Shown piece after piece: positions 31,284-44,365 of a stretch of 64,000 nt of DNA. How positions within the stretch are numbered: position 1 is the first letter of the stretch; every line of letters begins with the position of its first letter. This stretch comes from the human T2T-CHM13v2.0 reference genome, Homo sapiens. The notes under the pieces were generated by a model. The model searched no databases. It had not been told where the DNA came from and saw only the letters and a program-made list of their open reading frames with translations. The position numbers were made by a program, and so were the translations under genes. The stretch lies in NCBI RefSeq assembly GCF_009914755.1, contig NC_060944.1. The stretch is one strand, 5' to 3'.

Positions 31284-31995
31284 TGTAATAAGAAAAACCC
31301 AGAATCATAATTGAAAACTATCCCCCAAACTGGGAGGGAGCCAAGAGACCAAAAAGTGAGTTAGGCAAGTCCAGTTTGGCAAGTAGATGAGTTTATTAGG
31401 ACTTACATATGAGGCACTCCCGGACGGTAGCAGGACACCTTTAGAGATCCACCCCGCCTCCCAGCCCTATGCTCCTTTTTTTTTTTTTTTTGAGACGGAG
31501 TCTCGCTCTGTCGCCCAGGCTGGAGTGCGGTGGAGTGATCTTGGCTCACTGCAAGCTCCGCCTCCCAGGTTCACGCCATTCTCCTGCCTCAGCCTCCTGA
31601 GTAGCTGAGACTACAGGTGCCCACCACCACACTGGGCTATTTTTTTTTGTATTTTTTAGTAGAGACGGGGTTTCACCATGTTAGCCAGGATGGTCTCGAT
31701 CTCCTGACCTCGTGATCCGCCCACTTCAGCCTCCCAAAGTGCTGGGATTACAGACGTGTGCCACTGCGCCTGGCCCCTAAGCTACTTTTAAGCAAATTTT
31801 CTGGCTCTTTGCCGACTGTGTGTGCAATGAGACTGTTTTCTTGTAGATTCTTAGATACCCTCTGGGATGCTTGGGTTCACAGGGACACCTGCTCCTTGGC
31901 TGGGCACCATGACCTTGGCTCATTGGCTCGCCTTCAGGGTTCAGGCAGCAGACATACACCCTTAAGCAAACTGATGGGGGACCCATCACACTACA
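31284..31995 (-). mobile_element. Solo LTR containing an antisense AluY (~31476-31775)
   Basis: TGTA...TACA termini, near-TSD ATACC/GTACC. Confidence 0.7.
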
Positions 31996-32699
31996 GTACC
32001 ACACTTGCTTAACCATATTATGAATGGGTTGGAGAATTCTAAGCTGTCTTTTCCCTTGGCTGGTGACTTCTCATATCTCATACTCACAATTGCTACCCTT
32101 AAAATAGGGACAAGATTCATCCCACTCAGGCTTTTGTATTTAAAATAGTAGAGCTCCCAGAGCTCCTAGGACAATACCCACCTAATAAAAAATAGGTGCT
32201 CCATAAAAGACAGTTAATTTTAACTTCTCTCATTTTACAGAGAAAGAAACTAGGGCCAAAGAGGGACAGTGAGTTTTTCAAGGCCCTACAATAATTTTTA
32301 TGAGCTGAGGCTGAAGCCTAGGTCCCCTGGCTAGCTGCCAATTCCCTCCCACTAGGAGATCTCCCACCACCCCTTATTGGCTCCATCTTTCCTCCTCCTA
32401 CCTTGCCTTCCACCCAAATGGCCCTTCAAGTGAAGCAAGCACTGATTCCAGGTCTTGGTTGTCTCCTTCCTTTGTGTGCTCCATTGAGGTGACCAAATTG
32501 CTAGTGATTTCAGCTGAAGGAAACTACCCTGAGATGTGAGGCTTTCTGTGGGAGAGGCAGGAGGGATGCCTTATGGCCAATGGAGTCTAGAACACAATCT
32601 CAAGGTATACTGCAGGTGGGAATCACTGTAGCCATTTTATCAGAGAGGAACGCGAGGGACAGAGTGGGTTGAGACAGGTCCAAAGATAAACACTATATT

Positions 32700-34195
32700 T
32701 TTATGCTAATTATATTCTATCTCTTCTTTACACTTTAACCACCCAAGCATGCATTCATAAACACTCCATTTTACGCATCTGTAAACACTCTATTTTAGCT
32801 TTGCCTGTTACTTGAAGTCCAGATAAATGGAAAAACACTTTATAAGTTCCCTTGTGTCTATGTTTGTGACATTTGTTCATGCTATCATGTTTAGCATGTT
32901 ATTTTTATTACTGTACAATATTTCAGTATATGAGTACACTGCCATATAATTATCCATTCTACTTCTAATGGATGTTTGAATTTTTCCAGTTTATAGACAT
33001 TATAGTGCTGCTATGAACATTCTTGTACACAAATTCTGGTGAACAAAAGCATGAATTTCCATAAGATATTACCTAAGACTGTAATTGCTAAGTTATAGGG
33101 TACAGATATCTTCAATTTTAGTAGATAATGCTAAAATATTTTCTTTCTGGAAATTGTAAAAATACACTCTTCACCAACAATGTGTGTGATTCCAGTTGTT
33201 CCACATTCTTGCCAAAACTTGGTATTGTCAATCATTTTAGTTTTAGCCAATCCTTTTAATTTTAGGTGGTTGTGTGGTACTATGTCATTTTGGGATTCGA
33301 TTTCTCATAATTACTGATGAGGCTGAGCACCTTTTCTATATCTATTGTCCATTTTGATATTGGGTGTGTGTGACGTGCCTGTTCAAGTATTTTGCCCATT
33401 TTTAAAATTGGGTTGTCTGCTATCAATTCAAAAAGGTTTTGTGTATATACAGTATAAGAATACTGTGTCAGGTATATTTATTACCAATACCTTCTTCCAT
33501 TCTTTGGCTTGCCTCTTTCACTCTTTTAATGGTGTCTTTTGAGGAACAGGAGTTCTTAATTTTAATGTAGTCAAATTTATCAATCTTTTCCTTTCTGGTT
33601 AATGTGGTTTTGTCCTATTTAAGACACCTTTTCCTACTTCAAATTCATGAAAATATTGTCCTATTATATCACCTAATGCTTTGTTTTACTTTTCACAATT
33701 AGAGATAAATTCACATGGGATTTATTTAAGTATACGGTGAAAGGTAGATTTTCTTTCTTTCTCATATAATTTCCCACATGACTCAACACCATCTATTGAA
33801 AAGATCATTCCTTCCCCACTGCTCTGCAGTATGGCTTTTTTCATAAGCTATATAGGTTTATTTCTGGGTTCTATATTTTGTTTCTTTCCTTTAATTATCT
33901 GTTCTTATGCCAACACCATACTTAATTACTGTAATTTTAAAATAAGTCTTAATATCTGGTAGTATAAGTCTCTTAACTTTGTTCTTCAAGATTGGCTGGG
34001 CTATTCTTGGCCATTTGCATTTCTAGGTACATTGTAATGTTAACATCAATTTCCACAAAAAAGCTTGCTAGGATTTTGACAGGGATTGCATTGAATTTAT
34101 CAATTAACTTGTCAAATCTTGACATCTTTACAATATTTAGTTTTCTAATTCATGGACATAGTAATCACTACATTTATTTAGGTCTTCAGTTTTCC
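32700..34195 (-). mobile_element. Old L1M fragment
   Basis: Antisense L1 3'/ORF2-like T-rich sequence. Confidence 0.7.
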
Positions 34196-34199
34196 TAAG

Positions 34200-35100
34200 C
34201 CCTCCAAGTGTCCACTCATGTCTTTCTAGCATAATAGCCAAAGTCCTCACTTTGACTTATGAGGCCCTAAATGATCTGTTTCCTGTTAACTCTTTTGACT
34301 TTCTCCCCTGCTACTCCACCCCTTGCTGAATATAGTCCAGCTATGGTGGCCTCCTTGCTGTTCTAGACCCTGAGGAGACAGCAGTGAACATATGCAAAAA
34401 GCTCTCCCCTTATAAAGTTCCCCATTCTAATGAGGAAACAGATAATAAACCATATCAATAAATAAAATACATAGTAAGTTAAATGGTGATGTGTAGTAGA
34501 GAAAAACATATACAGTAGGGAGAAGAAATATGAAATGGCAGGAGGTTAACATTTTAGACTGAGTGGCCAAGGAAGGCCTGAGAAGATAGCTTTTAAGTCG
34601 ATATTTTAAGAAAGCCAGAAAAATAGCCATGTGGATTCCAGGAGGAAGGGTCTCCCAGGCAGAGAAATCACAAAGTGTAAAAACTCTAGGACGGCCTAAA
34701 TAGCTCCTTGTGTTCAAGGATTGGTAAGAAGGCTACTGAAGCTGAAAAAGAAGAGGGATAAAGGGTTAACAGGAGAATAGGTCAGGTAGGTAGGGTCTCA
34801 TAAGGAAGAGTGAAGATTTAGGCTTTTAATCTGGGTCATGTGGGGGCCACCAGAATACTTGAGAGCAGTGAGTGGCTCTGTCTTAAGGGCAGGGATTGCC
34901 CTGACTGCACGGGGGCAAGGGTAGAAGCAGGAATCCAGATGAGAGACGACGGTGGCTTGGACCAGAGTTGTGTCAGTGAAATCATGGGAAGAGGTCAAAT
35001 TCTTAATATATTTGGCAGGTAATCTGACAGGATTTGTTGATTACTAGATGTGGATATATTAGAAACAGAGAAGTCGGGGTTGACACCTCAGCCTAAGCAA
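34200..35100. mobile_element. LINE-2 fragments in both orientations
   Basis: L2 3' motifs (ggcctccttgctgttct; atccagatgagagacgacggtggcttggacc). Confidence 0.7.
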
Positions 35101-35879
35101 CTGATTTAATTCTTTTGGTAGTTGTAGACCTATTCATATTTTCTATCTCTTTCTGCATCAGTTAGTCAATTTTAGTACCTTTTATTTTCTAAAAGTTTAT
35201 TTATTTGGTCCACTTTTATTGGCATAAATTGTTCATCCCTCTCTTTTATAACATTTTAAATGTATGCATCATTTGTAAATCTTATTTTTATTTGAAAAGA
35301 TTCATTTCTTCTGTTTATCAGGCTACCCTCGTATTCCAATATTCATTATTTGTACCTTTTCTGTTCTAAGTAAGTTTCATTAGTGTTAATTTTATTAGTC
35401 TTTTTAATAACTGAATTTTGACTTTGTTGCTTCCTTGCATTGTATGGTTTCTATTTCAGATTGCTATTTGGTATTTCTTTGTTTATACTTTGTTTTGCTG
35501 TTCCAACATCTTGAGATAAGTGCTTCATTATTAATTTTTTCTTGTATTCTTTTCAGTTGTATGCATGTAAGATGATAAACTTCTCCTTAAGAACTGCTCT
35601 AACTATACCTTGATAGACAGTTCTTTCTTATGATTCAGTTCAAACTATCCTTTTATTTCCTTCAGTTTGATAACAATCCCATTCAAGATCATTTATTCTT
35701 CATCCCCTCCTGTCCTCACTTTCCCAGATTTTAATCATGCATTTAAAAATGGAGAACATATTATCTAAATACAGACTCCTAGCTGCTAAGGATTTATTCA
35801 TCAATGAACAAGATAGACAAATCCTGCTCCCTCATGGAGTGTACATTCTAGTGAGGAAGACAAACCAGTTACAAATGTA

Positions 35880-36631
35880 CAGGGTGGCTATAAAGTTGGG
35901 AAACATGAGTAAATATTTACTTTATGTGAGCATGTTTTATAATCAATTAATACCTGCACTTGACAGGGTAGGGGAAGGTCACCCAAAGTGAGATTGTACG
36001 TGATTGTATATTGGGATTGTATGTGACCCCATTATGCCAGAATGCAGAGGGACTGGTTTGATGATTAATTTTCAAAGATGGATTGGGTGATATGGCCACG
36101 TGGAATTGGCTGTGCACTCTCCAGATCTTAAGCTCATCAATTACTTCTTCTGAGGGATGCTAAATGCACTGGTGAGTCTTGTGAAAATCAGAGTCAAGGC
36201 CGGGTGCTGTGGCTCACGCCTGTAATCCCAGCACTTTGGGAGGCTGAGGTGGGTGGATCACGAGGTCAGGAATTCGAGACCAGCCTGGCTGACATGGCGA
36301 AACCCCGTCTCTACTAAAAATACAAAAATTAGCTGAGTGTGGTGGCATGTGCCTGTAATCCCAGCTACTTGGGAGGCTGAGGCAGGAGAATCACTTGAAC
36401 CCGGGAGGTGGGAGGTGGAGGTTGCAGTGAGCCAAGACCATGCCACTGCATTCCAGCTGGGGCAACAGAGTGAGACCGTATCTCAAAAAAAAAAAAAAAT
36501 GGAAATCAGAGTCAAAGCACACTGAACCACACATTGCTAACTAGGGAGAAGAATTTGAATATATTGTAACATCAGTAAACAATTATATATATGTATATAC
36601 TCACCTATATCCAGAATGTATGGCCACCATG
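35880..36631 (+). mobile_element. Ancient Tc1/mariner-class DNA transposon remnant with a nested Alu (36199-36499)
   Basis: Terminal inverted repeats (TA)CAGGGTGGCTATA / TATGGCCACCATG(TA); transposase remnant WIG*YGHVELAVHSPDLKLINYFF*GML from 36079; Alu TSD AAATCAGAGTCAA. Confidence 0.75.
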
Positions 36632-37309
36632 TAGACTGATGAGGAGTCAATAGCCAGAATAATTAGATCATGCTGATCCAAATCCACATCTGTAGGAGTT
36701 TAAAGTCTTATATAGAGGCCTACCACCTCTGCAAGATGCCTTGAAGTCTTTTTGCTCAAATTCTCCCTTTGCATGTTGGGGCTAAAGCAAATCTAGAACA
36801 AAGAATTATTGTTAAGACTAAGTGTAAAGTATGTGAAGTATAAAGAGCAAAATGCTAAACAGACAAAGTCTTCAATAGATACAATAATTGCATAATGTAT
36901 TGCTCTTTGGGGGCAAATCAGGGTGCAAATAATTTCACCAATTGGCATAAGCTTCTATCACCTTGGTTAAATTAGGAGCTATGATAACCCCCATCAATAA
37001 ATGGTAGTTTAGTGAGAGAGACAGAGAGAAGAGAAGAGGGGGTGAAGGGACAGAAAGGAACAGAAACAGAGGCACAGATAGATTATCAAAGTTGACAGGA
37101 GCTTCCAGTATCATCCAGTACTTATTCTCACCCTGTGATTTACATGCCCTAAGGAAACTGTGGGTCTATTCCAACAAGTAAAGGAAACCACAGGATTTAC
37201 TTGGCATATCTCCTTGGAGGATAAATTGTACTTAATGTCACATAATAAAAGCCATTACTATTCTATGAAAAATATAAATATGGAGTAAATCACAAAATCA
37301 TTCATTTTA

Positions 37310-38710
37310 AAAATAAAAACTAACCTTTTCAGCAAATGGTGCTGGAGCAATTGGGCATCCATAGACATAAAAAACCAAACCTTGACTTAAACCTCAAATT
37401 TTATACAAAAACGAACTCAAAATGAATCATGGACATAAATGTAAAACTATAAAACTTTTAGGAAAAAATAAAAATCTTTAGACTGGAAACAAAAACATGA
37501 TCCATAAAAGAAGATATTTATAAATTAGACCTCATCAAAATTAAAAACTTTTGCTCTGTGAAAGACAAGTGAAGAGAATGAAATGACAAACTACAAAGTG
37601 GGAGAACGTATTTACAAACTACACATTTGACGAAGGGTTGGTATCTAATATATACAAAGACCTCTCGAAACTCAACAGCAAAAAAAGAAAAAAAAATCCA
37701 ATTAGAAAGTGGGAAAAAGACATGAAAGGACATTTCAATGACAAGGATATACAGATGGAAAATAAGCACATGAAAAGTGTTCAACATCATTAGCCAGTAA
37801 GGAAATGCAAATTAAAACCACAGTGTGATATCACTACATGCCTATCAAAATGGCTAAAATAAAAAACAGTAACACCACTAAATGCTGGCAAGGATGTGGT
37901 GAGACTGGATCACTCATACATTGCTGGTGGGAATGTAAAATGGTACAATCACTCTGGAAAATAGTTTGGCAGTTTCTTATGTGCAATTCCTCTACAACCT
38001 GGCAATTTTACTAATGGGCATTTATCCCAGAAAATAAAAACATATGTTAGCACAAGAACCTATACACTAATTTTCATAGTAGCTTCATTTGTAATAGCCC
38101 CAAACAGGAAGCAGCTCAGATGCCTTTTAAACAAATGGCATACATCCATACCACGGAATACTATTCAGCAATAACAAGAAGCAAATTATCAATACATATA
38201 GTGACTTGGATGAATCTCCAGGGAATTATGTTGATGATAAAAACCAATCCCAGAAGTTATATACTGCATGATAATATTTATATAACATTCTTGAAACGAT
38301 AATATTTTAGAAATGGAGAAGAGATTAGTAGTTACCTGGGACAGGAGAGAGACTGGGGAGGCAGTGGGTGTGGTTATTGAAGAAGTTAATGTGGGTAACA
38401 CCAGAGATCCTGGAGGTGATGACAGTGTTCTGTAACATGACAATGGTGGTGAATACTAGAACCTACATGTGATAAAACTGTATAGAATTAACACACACAT
38501 ACAAATGAAGTAAAGCTAAGGAAATATGAATAAGATCGGAGAATTTTATCAACCTCAATATCCTGGTTTTGATATTGTACTATCATTTTGCAAGATGTTA
38601 CCATTAGGAAAAACTGGGTAAAGGGTATATGAGGGCTCTATTTTTTCTTGCAACTGCATGTCAACCTACAATTATCTCAATACAAATGTCAATTATACAA
38701 AATAGAAGTT
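37310..38710 (+). mobile_element. L1M-class 3' portion
   Basis: L1 ORF2 end and 3' UTR motifs (aaatgcaaattaaaaccacagtg; ttgctggtgggaatgtaaaatggtaca). Confidence 0.85.
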
Positions 38711-39429
38711 AGATTTAATGTCTTTCTTTTTTATATGTGCAGTCTCAGGTTATACCTGCAGAACCATATACTTGTATTATGCTGCTGACAAAAAAGTGTG
38801 AAAGAACCCAATGCCTTCATTTTAAAGATGAGTCACATAAAGGTTAGGCGACTATCCAAGCTGATAAAGCTTGTTTATATTAAGCATTTATCATGGTTTC
38901 TGCCTTTCCATAAGTTATAATGATGGAGAATTTTATGGCAATGTTAAGACGTCCAGTCCTGGGTTCAGACAACTTTGGGATATATCCTATCAGGATTCAA
39001 ACGGTCTCACCATGTGATCTTAGAAAAATAATGTTTGCATTTTCTACTCATTGAAATGAGATAATAAAATAATCCCATACACCGATGGGATTTCAAGATA
39101 CTGAAATAAAATAATTCATGCTGGTACAGTGGATGCGTGATAGGAGACTCTCAAAATAATGCCTGTTTTCCGGCATATTAAGTGCTGGACACTAGAGCTA
39201 AAGGCTTTGAATACAAAGAGATAAAAGGTACAGCTTCTGCTTCCATAAACAGAGTCTAGGAGAGAGAATAACACAAAGATAATTGCACAGATTAAAATGT
39301 GAAAAATAGGAGAGTACAGGGAATTGGTGGTTGATGAGGCTGGATAAGTAAATGCAGCAGGTGAGGAAGGCACCTTTTTAGGAATCCACACTTTGGCTAG
39401 GTTTATGTCATCAAAGAGCCTAACAGCCT

Positions 39430-39745
39430 GTTTTTTTGTTTTTTGGTTTTTTTTTTTCACGTGACAGGATCTTGCTTTATTGCCCAGGCTGGAGTGCAGT
39501 GATGTGATCATAGCTCACTGCTGCCTCAAATGGTGGGGCTCAAGTGATCTTCTCACCTCAGCCTCCCAAGTAGCCTGGACTATAGGCACATGCCACCATA
39601 CCTGGAATTTTAAAAGTGTTTGTAGAGACAAGGTCTTGCTATGTTGCCCAGGATGGTCTCAGACTTCTGGCCTCAGGAAATCCTCCTGCCTCAGCCCTGT
39701 AAAGTGCTAGGATTACAGGTATGAGCCGCCATGGCTGGCCGAGAG
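39430..39745 (-). mobile_element. AluJ
   Basis: Diverged antisense Alu. Confidence 0.9.
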
Positions 39746-40218
39746 CCTGGTCTTTTAGAGTTAGATGGATTTGAGGATGGAGCTCAGTGCTATCCCTCAC
39801 CAGCTGTGTTACTGTGGGCAAAATTGCTTATTTTTCTAATCCTCCCTTTTCTCAACCCCAAAATAAGAAGATTGCAATAGAATAATTCCCTCTAGGGTGG
39901 CTGTGTCAGTTAATGAGATCATGAATATGGACATGCTTAGCACTCAGTATCTTCCTGCAGCTTGCTAAAATAGCCACAGTGTATGCAAAAATGTAAATAT
40001 CTTTCGGTATAACTGGGCTACAAATGATGGTAGAAAACATAATCATACCACTCCAAGGTCATTTCACATCTTCATGTTTAAAACAGACTATTCTGAAATA
40101 GTCATTTGATTGAGAAATTAAATTATCTGATTTCAACATTCACATGTGCTCTCTGGTACATTCTCTCCTCTCAAGCACTCTCTCTCCCTTTCCTCTGATT
40201 TTGTCTCAGAATTATAGT

Positions 40219-40827
40219 TGTCAATGAAAAGAGTCAAACCCTGTAAAACATTTGAAGAGATTTATTCTGAGCCAAATATGAGTGACCAATGGCCCACAAC
40301 ACAGCCTTCAGGAGATCCCAAACACATGTGCCTAAGGTGGTCAGGCTACAACTTGGTTTTATACATTTTAGGGACACAAAAGACATTAATCAGTACAAAA
40401 AAGATGTACACTGGTTCAGTCTGGAAAGGTGGGACAACTGGAAGGCAAGGGCTTCCAGGTCATAAGCAGATTCAAATACTTTCTGACTGGCAATTGGTTG
40501 AAAGGATTAAGTTATTACCTAAAGACTTAGAATCAATGGAAAGGAACGTCTGGGCTAAGGGGTTGTGAAGACCAAGTTTTTATCATGCAGGCAAAGTCTC
40601 CAGGTAGCTGGCTTTAGAGAGAATACATTATAAATTATTCTTATCAGACTTAGAGAGTCTGTTCTCTCAGTAATTTCAAAAGGGAGGAGGGTATAATGAG
40701 GCATGTCCGACCCCACTTCCCATCATGGCCTGAACTAGTTTTTCAGGTTAACTTCGGAATTTACTTTGCTGAGAGGAGAGGTCCATTGCAGTGGTTGGAG
40801 GGCTTAGAATTTTATTTTTGGTTTACA
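40219..40827 (-). mobile_element. MER4-family solo LTR
   Basis: TG...CA termini, TSD TAGT, MER4-type antisense end (gaagagatttattctgagccaaatatgagtgacc). Confidence 0.85.
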
Positions 40828-41121
40828 TAGTCTTTGTGCAGGGGAACACTTAACAAAAAATGAAGGAGCAAGGGAATATGTGTCAGGTCTGGGTGCTGGT
40901 GGCTGGGCCCTGCTGGCTTCTGTAGGGGCATTTCACCCCGTTGGGTCTTTGGTTTAGGCTTCAGTCCTGCTGCATCCCCTGCTGGGGTCATTTGGTCCCC
41001 CTGGCCTTTGGATGCAAGTGAGCATCTGGGCCCACTGTCCTCCTACAAGGCCTCTGGTCCAGATGTCCTCACCCTGTGCTCACCTCACCCCATCCCTGGC
41101 CACCCTCAGTCTCTGGCCCTC

Positions 41122-42405
41122 TGTATCAGTTATTTATTGCTGCTGGAACAAATGCCTGCAAACTTAGTGGCTCAAAATAAAAACTTTTCTTAGAGGTCTG
41201 GAGGTTAGAAGTCCAAAGCAGGTCTCATGGGGCTAAAATCAAGGTGCTGGAGAGACTGTGCTCTTTCTGAAGGCTCTAGGGGGGAACCTGTCTCCTTGCC
41301 TTTTCTTGCTTCTGGAGGCTCCTACCTGTCTTTTATTATCTGATTTTCTTGCCTCCCTCTTTTAAGGACCCTTTTGATTATATCAGACCCACCCGGATAA
41401 TCCAGGATAATTGTCCCAACTCAGGATTCTGTAAGCCAAAACAAAAATCCCAGGCCCCCCAACAGACTGAACAGAGCCAAGAGAAACCTGAAAAATGAAA
41501 TTCACAATCATCATGGGAAGGGAGGTTGGACACACCTCGTTATACCCTCTCCCTTTTGGAGTTCAGCACAACTGACCAGCATTAACACTAAAATAGAGAT
41601 CACAAGACTGACAAAACAGACTCTGTGGCAATAAGAGATCAAATTCCATCCTGACTCTAGTGTAGCATCACATGACAGATATCAGACCCTGAAGGAAATC
41701 AAAGTATTTTACCCCAAAATACATTTCTCTGACACTTTGAAATGGCCCTGCAAAGCTGTCTTGTGTGGGGAAAATTCTACATCTGTAGAGAACCTCCATT
41801 AATGCAGCCCAGTCTTTCTGGGATCTAGGAGAGATTAACTAAGAGTCTGACACCTTTAAGGTATGAAAAGACACATTTACCATCTATTCCCACTGAAGCC
41901 TGCTACCTGGAGGCTTCATCTACATAATAAGAACCTTGGCTTCCACAACTCTCCCCACCCGCTTACCTTAACCAAAGCATTTCTTTCTACTGATTTCAAA
42001 TAGTTTAACTCTTTCAAACAATTGCCAATCAGATAATTTTTGAATCCATCTATGACCTGTAAGCTCCCCCACTCTTTGAGATGTCTCACCTTTCCAGGCC
42101 AAATCAATATATTCCTTACATGTATTGATCTATGTCTTTGCCTGTAACTTGTCTCCCTAAACTATATAAAACCAAACTGTAATCTGACCTCCTTGGGCAC
42201 CCTTTCTCAGGACCCCCTGAGGCTCTTCCTGGAGCCATGGTCACTCATATTGGCTTAGAATAAACTCCTTTAAATATTTTACAGAGTTTGGGTTTTTTGT
42301 TCACAATTATTAATCACACATTTGCCAAGTAAGGTCACATACTCACAGGTTCTGGGGGTTAGGATGTGGACATGTTTGGGGGGCAATTGTTCTGCTTTCC
42401 ATACC
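41122..42405 (-). mobile_element. MaLR (MLT1/MST) LTR, split by the MER4-family LTR
   Basis: tgtatcagtt...ctggaggttagaagtccaaa; resumes at 42306 with aaggtcacatactcacaggttctgggg. Confidence 0.75.
41430..42305 (+). mobile_element. MER4-family solo LTR, sense to the KRAB-ZNF gene
   Basis: TGTAAGCC...TCACA termini, near-TSD ATTC/ATTA, TATATAAAA at ~42163, AATAAA at ~42259. Confidence 0.85.
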
Positions 42406-43233
42406 CTCCTATCATTCCCAACCCCTTTCTGGGACAAGCAGCACACACTGGATTCCCCCATGTCACTGATGGGCCATGGGAAAGTGGAGATGCTACTTTA
42501 CGCCGTCCCGCTGCTGAAAGCGCCAAACTGCCTCTCCTCCTCCATGCAGCTGCCTCATGGGGGTGGGAGGCACCAGGTGAGGCCCCTTATCTCAGAGATT
42601 GAAGTGGAAAGAGTGGCACAAACCTATCTGGGTGTGTGTTATATGACATCATTCCTGGGGTACATAGGAGGCATGAATAAAGAGCACTGGGGAATTTTCA
42701 GCCTAAGCCTTGATGTGACAATCCTGCATTCCCCAATCCTTCCTGTTCCCACTATAATCAGGACCAAAAGAGCTGAATCCTGCAGGTAGTGAGCTGGGCT
42801 TGATTAGGAAATGAGAAGGTTCTGGGTGTGATGATCTAAGTTCCATATAGGTAGGCTCAGATGCATGCTGGGCTTGCTAGCTGTATCGGAGTTGATCTTT
42901 CTGAGAAGGTGAGTTCAAGCTCTGTTTCACTGGGTGGCAGGGAAAGTTTTGTTCAAGGCAGAAATGGAAAGTAGAGTCTCACACTTTGACACATAGGGAG
43001 AGACCCCAGTATCCAAAATCCCAGCTGCTGCAGCATACCCGTGGGCTCTCTTGAGGGCCCAGGAGGAGAAAGAACCTGAAAGCCAAGGTTGGTACGCTGT
43101 TATGGATTCCTGGTTTCCTCTGTGTGTGTGGTTGGGGGTAGGGGTTGGAGTACCTGTTCTCACATGCTTCTGTCCTCAATTTTAAGGTGTGGCTTCTCAG
43201 GAGTCTGTGTTCCCTGAGAACAGGAGGTGAAGA

Positions 43234-43278
43234 ATGAAAAGGAAAATGGCTCGGTCATTTCTAGAGGTGATATCACAG
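43234..43278 (+). CDS. ZNF840P: Predicted start-codon exon of the KRAB-ZNF gene (MKRKMARSFLEVISQ)
   Basis: In-frame ATGs at 43234 and 43246 (AAAATGG context), upstream in-frame TGA at 43228, phase-0 donor CAG|GTGAAC at 43279, acceptors at 43186 and 43200. Gives the typical SQ|ELV.F.DV junction. Confidence 0.6.
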
Positions 43279-43437
43279 GTGAACTGCTTACTTCTGATTT
43301 CCTTCCTAAAATACCAATTTACAGGGCTAAAGACATTTTGCATTTGTTCCACAAGGATGCAGCTCCCCATTCTGGTGATGAGGTGACAGTCAGAGAGGCA
43401 ACAGAGGGGACCTAAATAACCCAGAAGCTTTCTTTAG

Positions 43438-43575
43438 TGACCCAAGATTTAGTATTCATTCAACAAACTGCTCAAGGTCTGACCCAAGATTTAGTATTCA
43501 TTCAACAAACTGCTCAACGACTGACCCAAGATTTAGGATTCATTCAACAAACTACTCAAGGACTGACTGACCAAG
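43438..43575. repeat. 42-bp minisatellite, ~3.2 copies
   Basis: tgacccaagatttagtattcattcaacaaactgctcaaggtc starts at 43438, 43480 and 43522. Confidence 0.95.
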
Positions 43576-43931
43576 AGGAGTCATTAGCACAGGTCTTCTA
43601 GGCATGAATTTGTTTGAAAACTTTTAAGCTGAAGAATAGGAGTCCCTGGGGATAGTGAGTTCAGTTTGAAGTTGGACAGCTTGCATGTGTTGGCAGCGCA
43701 GGGAGCAATGGCTTAACTTGCTCTCAAATCTATGGGAGAGCTGGAGCAGGGCACAGGCAGTCAGGTGGATGGGATGAAGGTGGAGGGATGCCACCATACT
43801 TCTGGGTAACAAAAGGGCACTCGTCCTGACAGACTTAAAATCCAACACATCAAACTATGCTAATTAAAATAATATAGAAATGATAATACGTTGATGGGTA
43901 AACAGAAGAAAATAGAAGGCCAGATACACAT

Positions 43932-44365
43932 TGTGGTAGAATGAACAATCTCCCCCACCCATTGCAAAATGTCCCCATCCTAGTCCCTGGAAGCTGTGAA
44001 TGTGTTACCTTACATGGTAAAAGGGACTTTGCAGGTGTCATTAAGTTGAGGATCTTCAGATGGGGGGTTTCTCCTGGGTTGTCTGGGTGGGCCTGAAATG
44101 TAATCACTGGGTCTCTGTAAGAAACAGGCAGGGGGATGCTATGTTGTTGGCTTTGAAGACAGGATAGGGCTGGCCACGAGCCAAGGAATGCAGGTGGTTT
44201 CTAGAAAAGTTGAGGAATCAGATTCTTCCTAGAGCCTGCAGCAGGGACACAGCACTGCTAACCCATATTGTACTTCTGAACTCCACAACTGTAAGATTAT
44301 AAATTTGTGTTGTTTTAAGCCATGAAGTTGGTGGTAATTTGTTATGGCAGCAGTAAGAAACATTA
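43932..44365 (+). mobile_element. MLT1-type MaLR LTR
   Basis: tgtgaatgtgttaccttacatggtaaaagggactttgcaggtgt...ggtaatttgttatggcagca. Confidence 0.85.

Noticed and set aside
32510-32610. Possible remnant KRAB-ZNF start exon (ATGGCCAATGGAGTCTAG...CTCAAG|GTATAC)
   Set aside because: In-frame stop, weak donor and no nearby KRAB exon; resemblance too weak.
43438-43575. CRISPR-like regular repeats
   Set aside because: Head-to-tail copies with no unique spacers, no cas genes, eukaryotic context.
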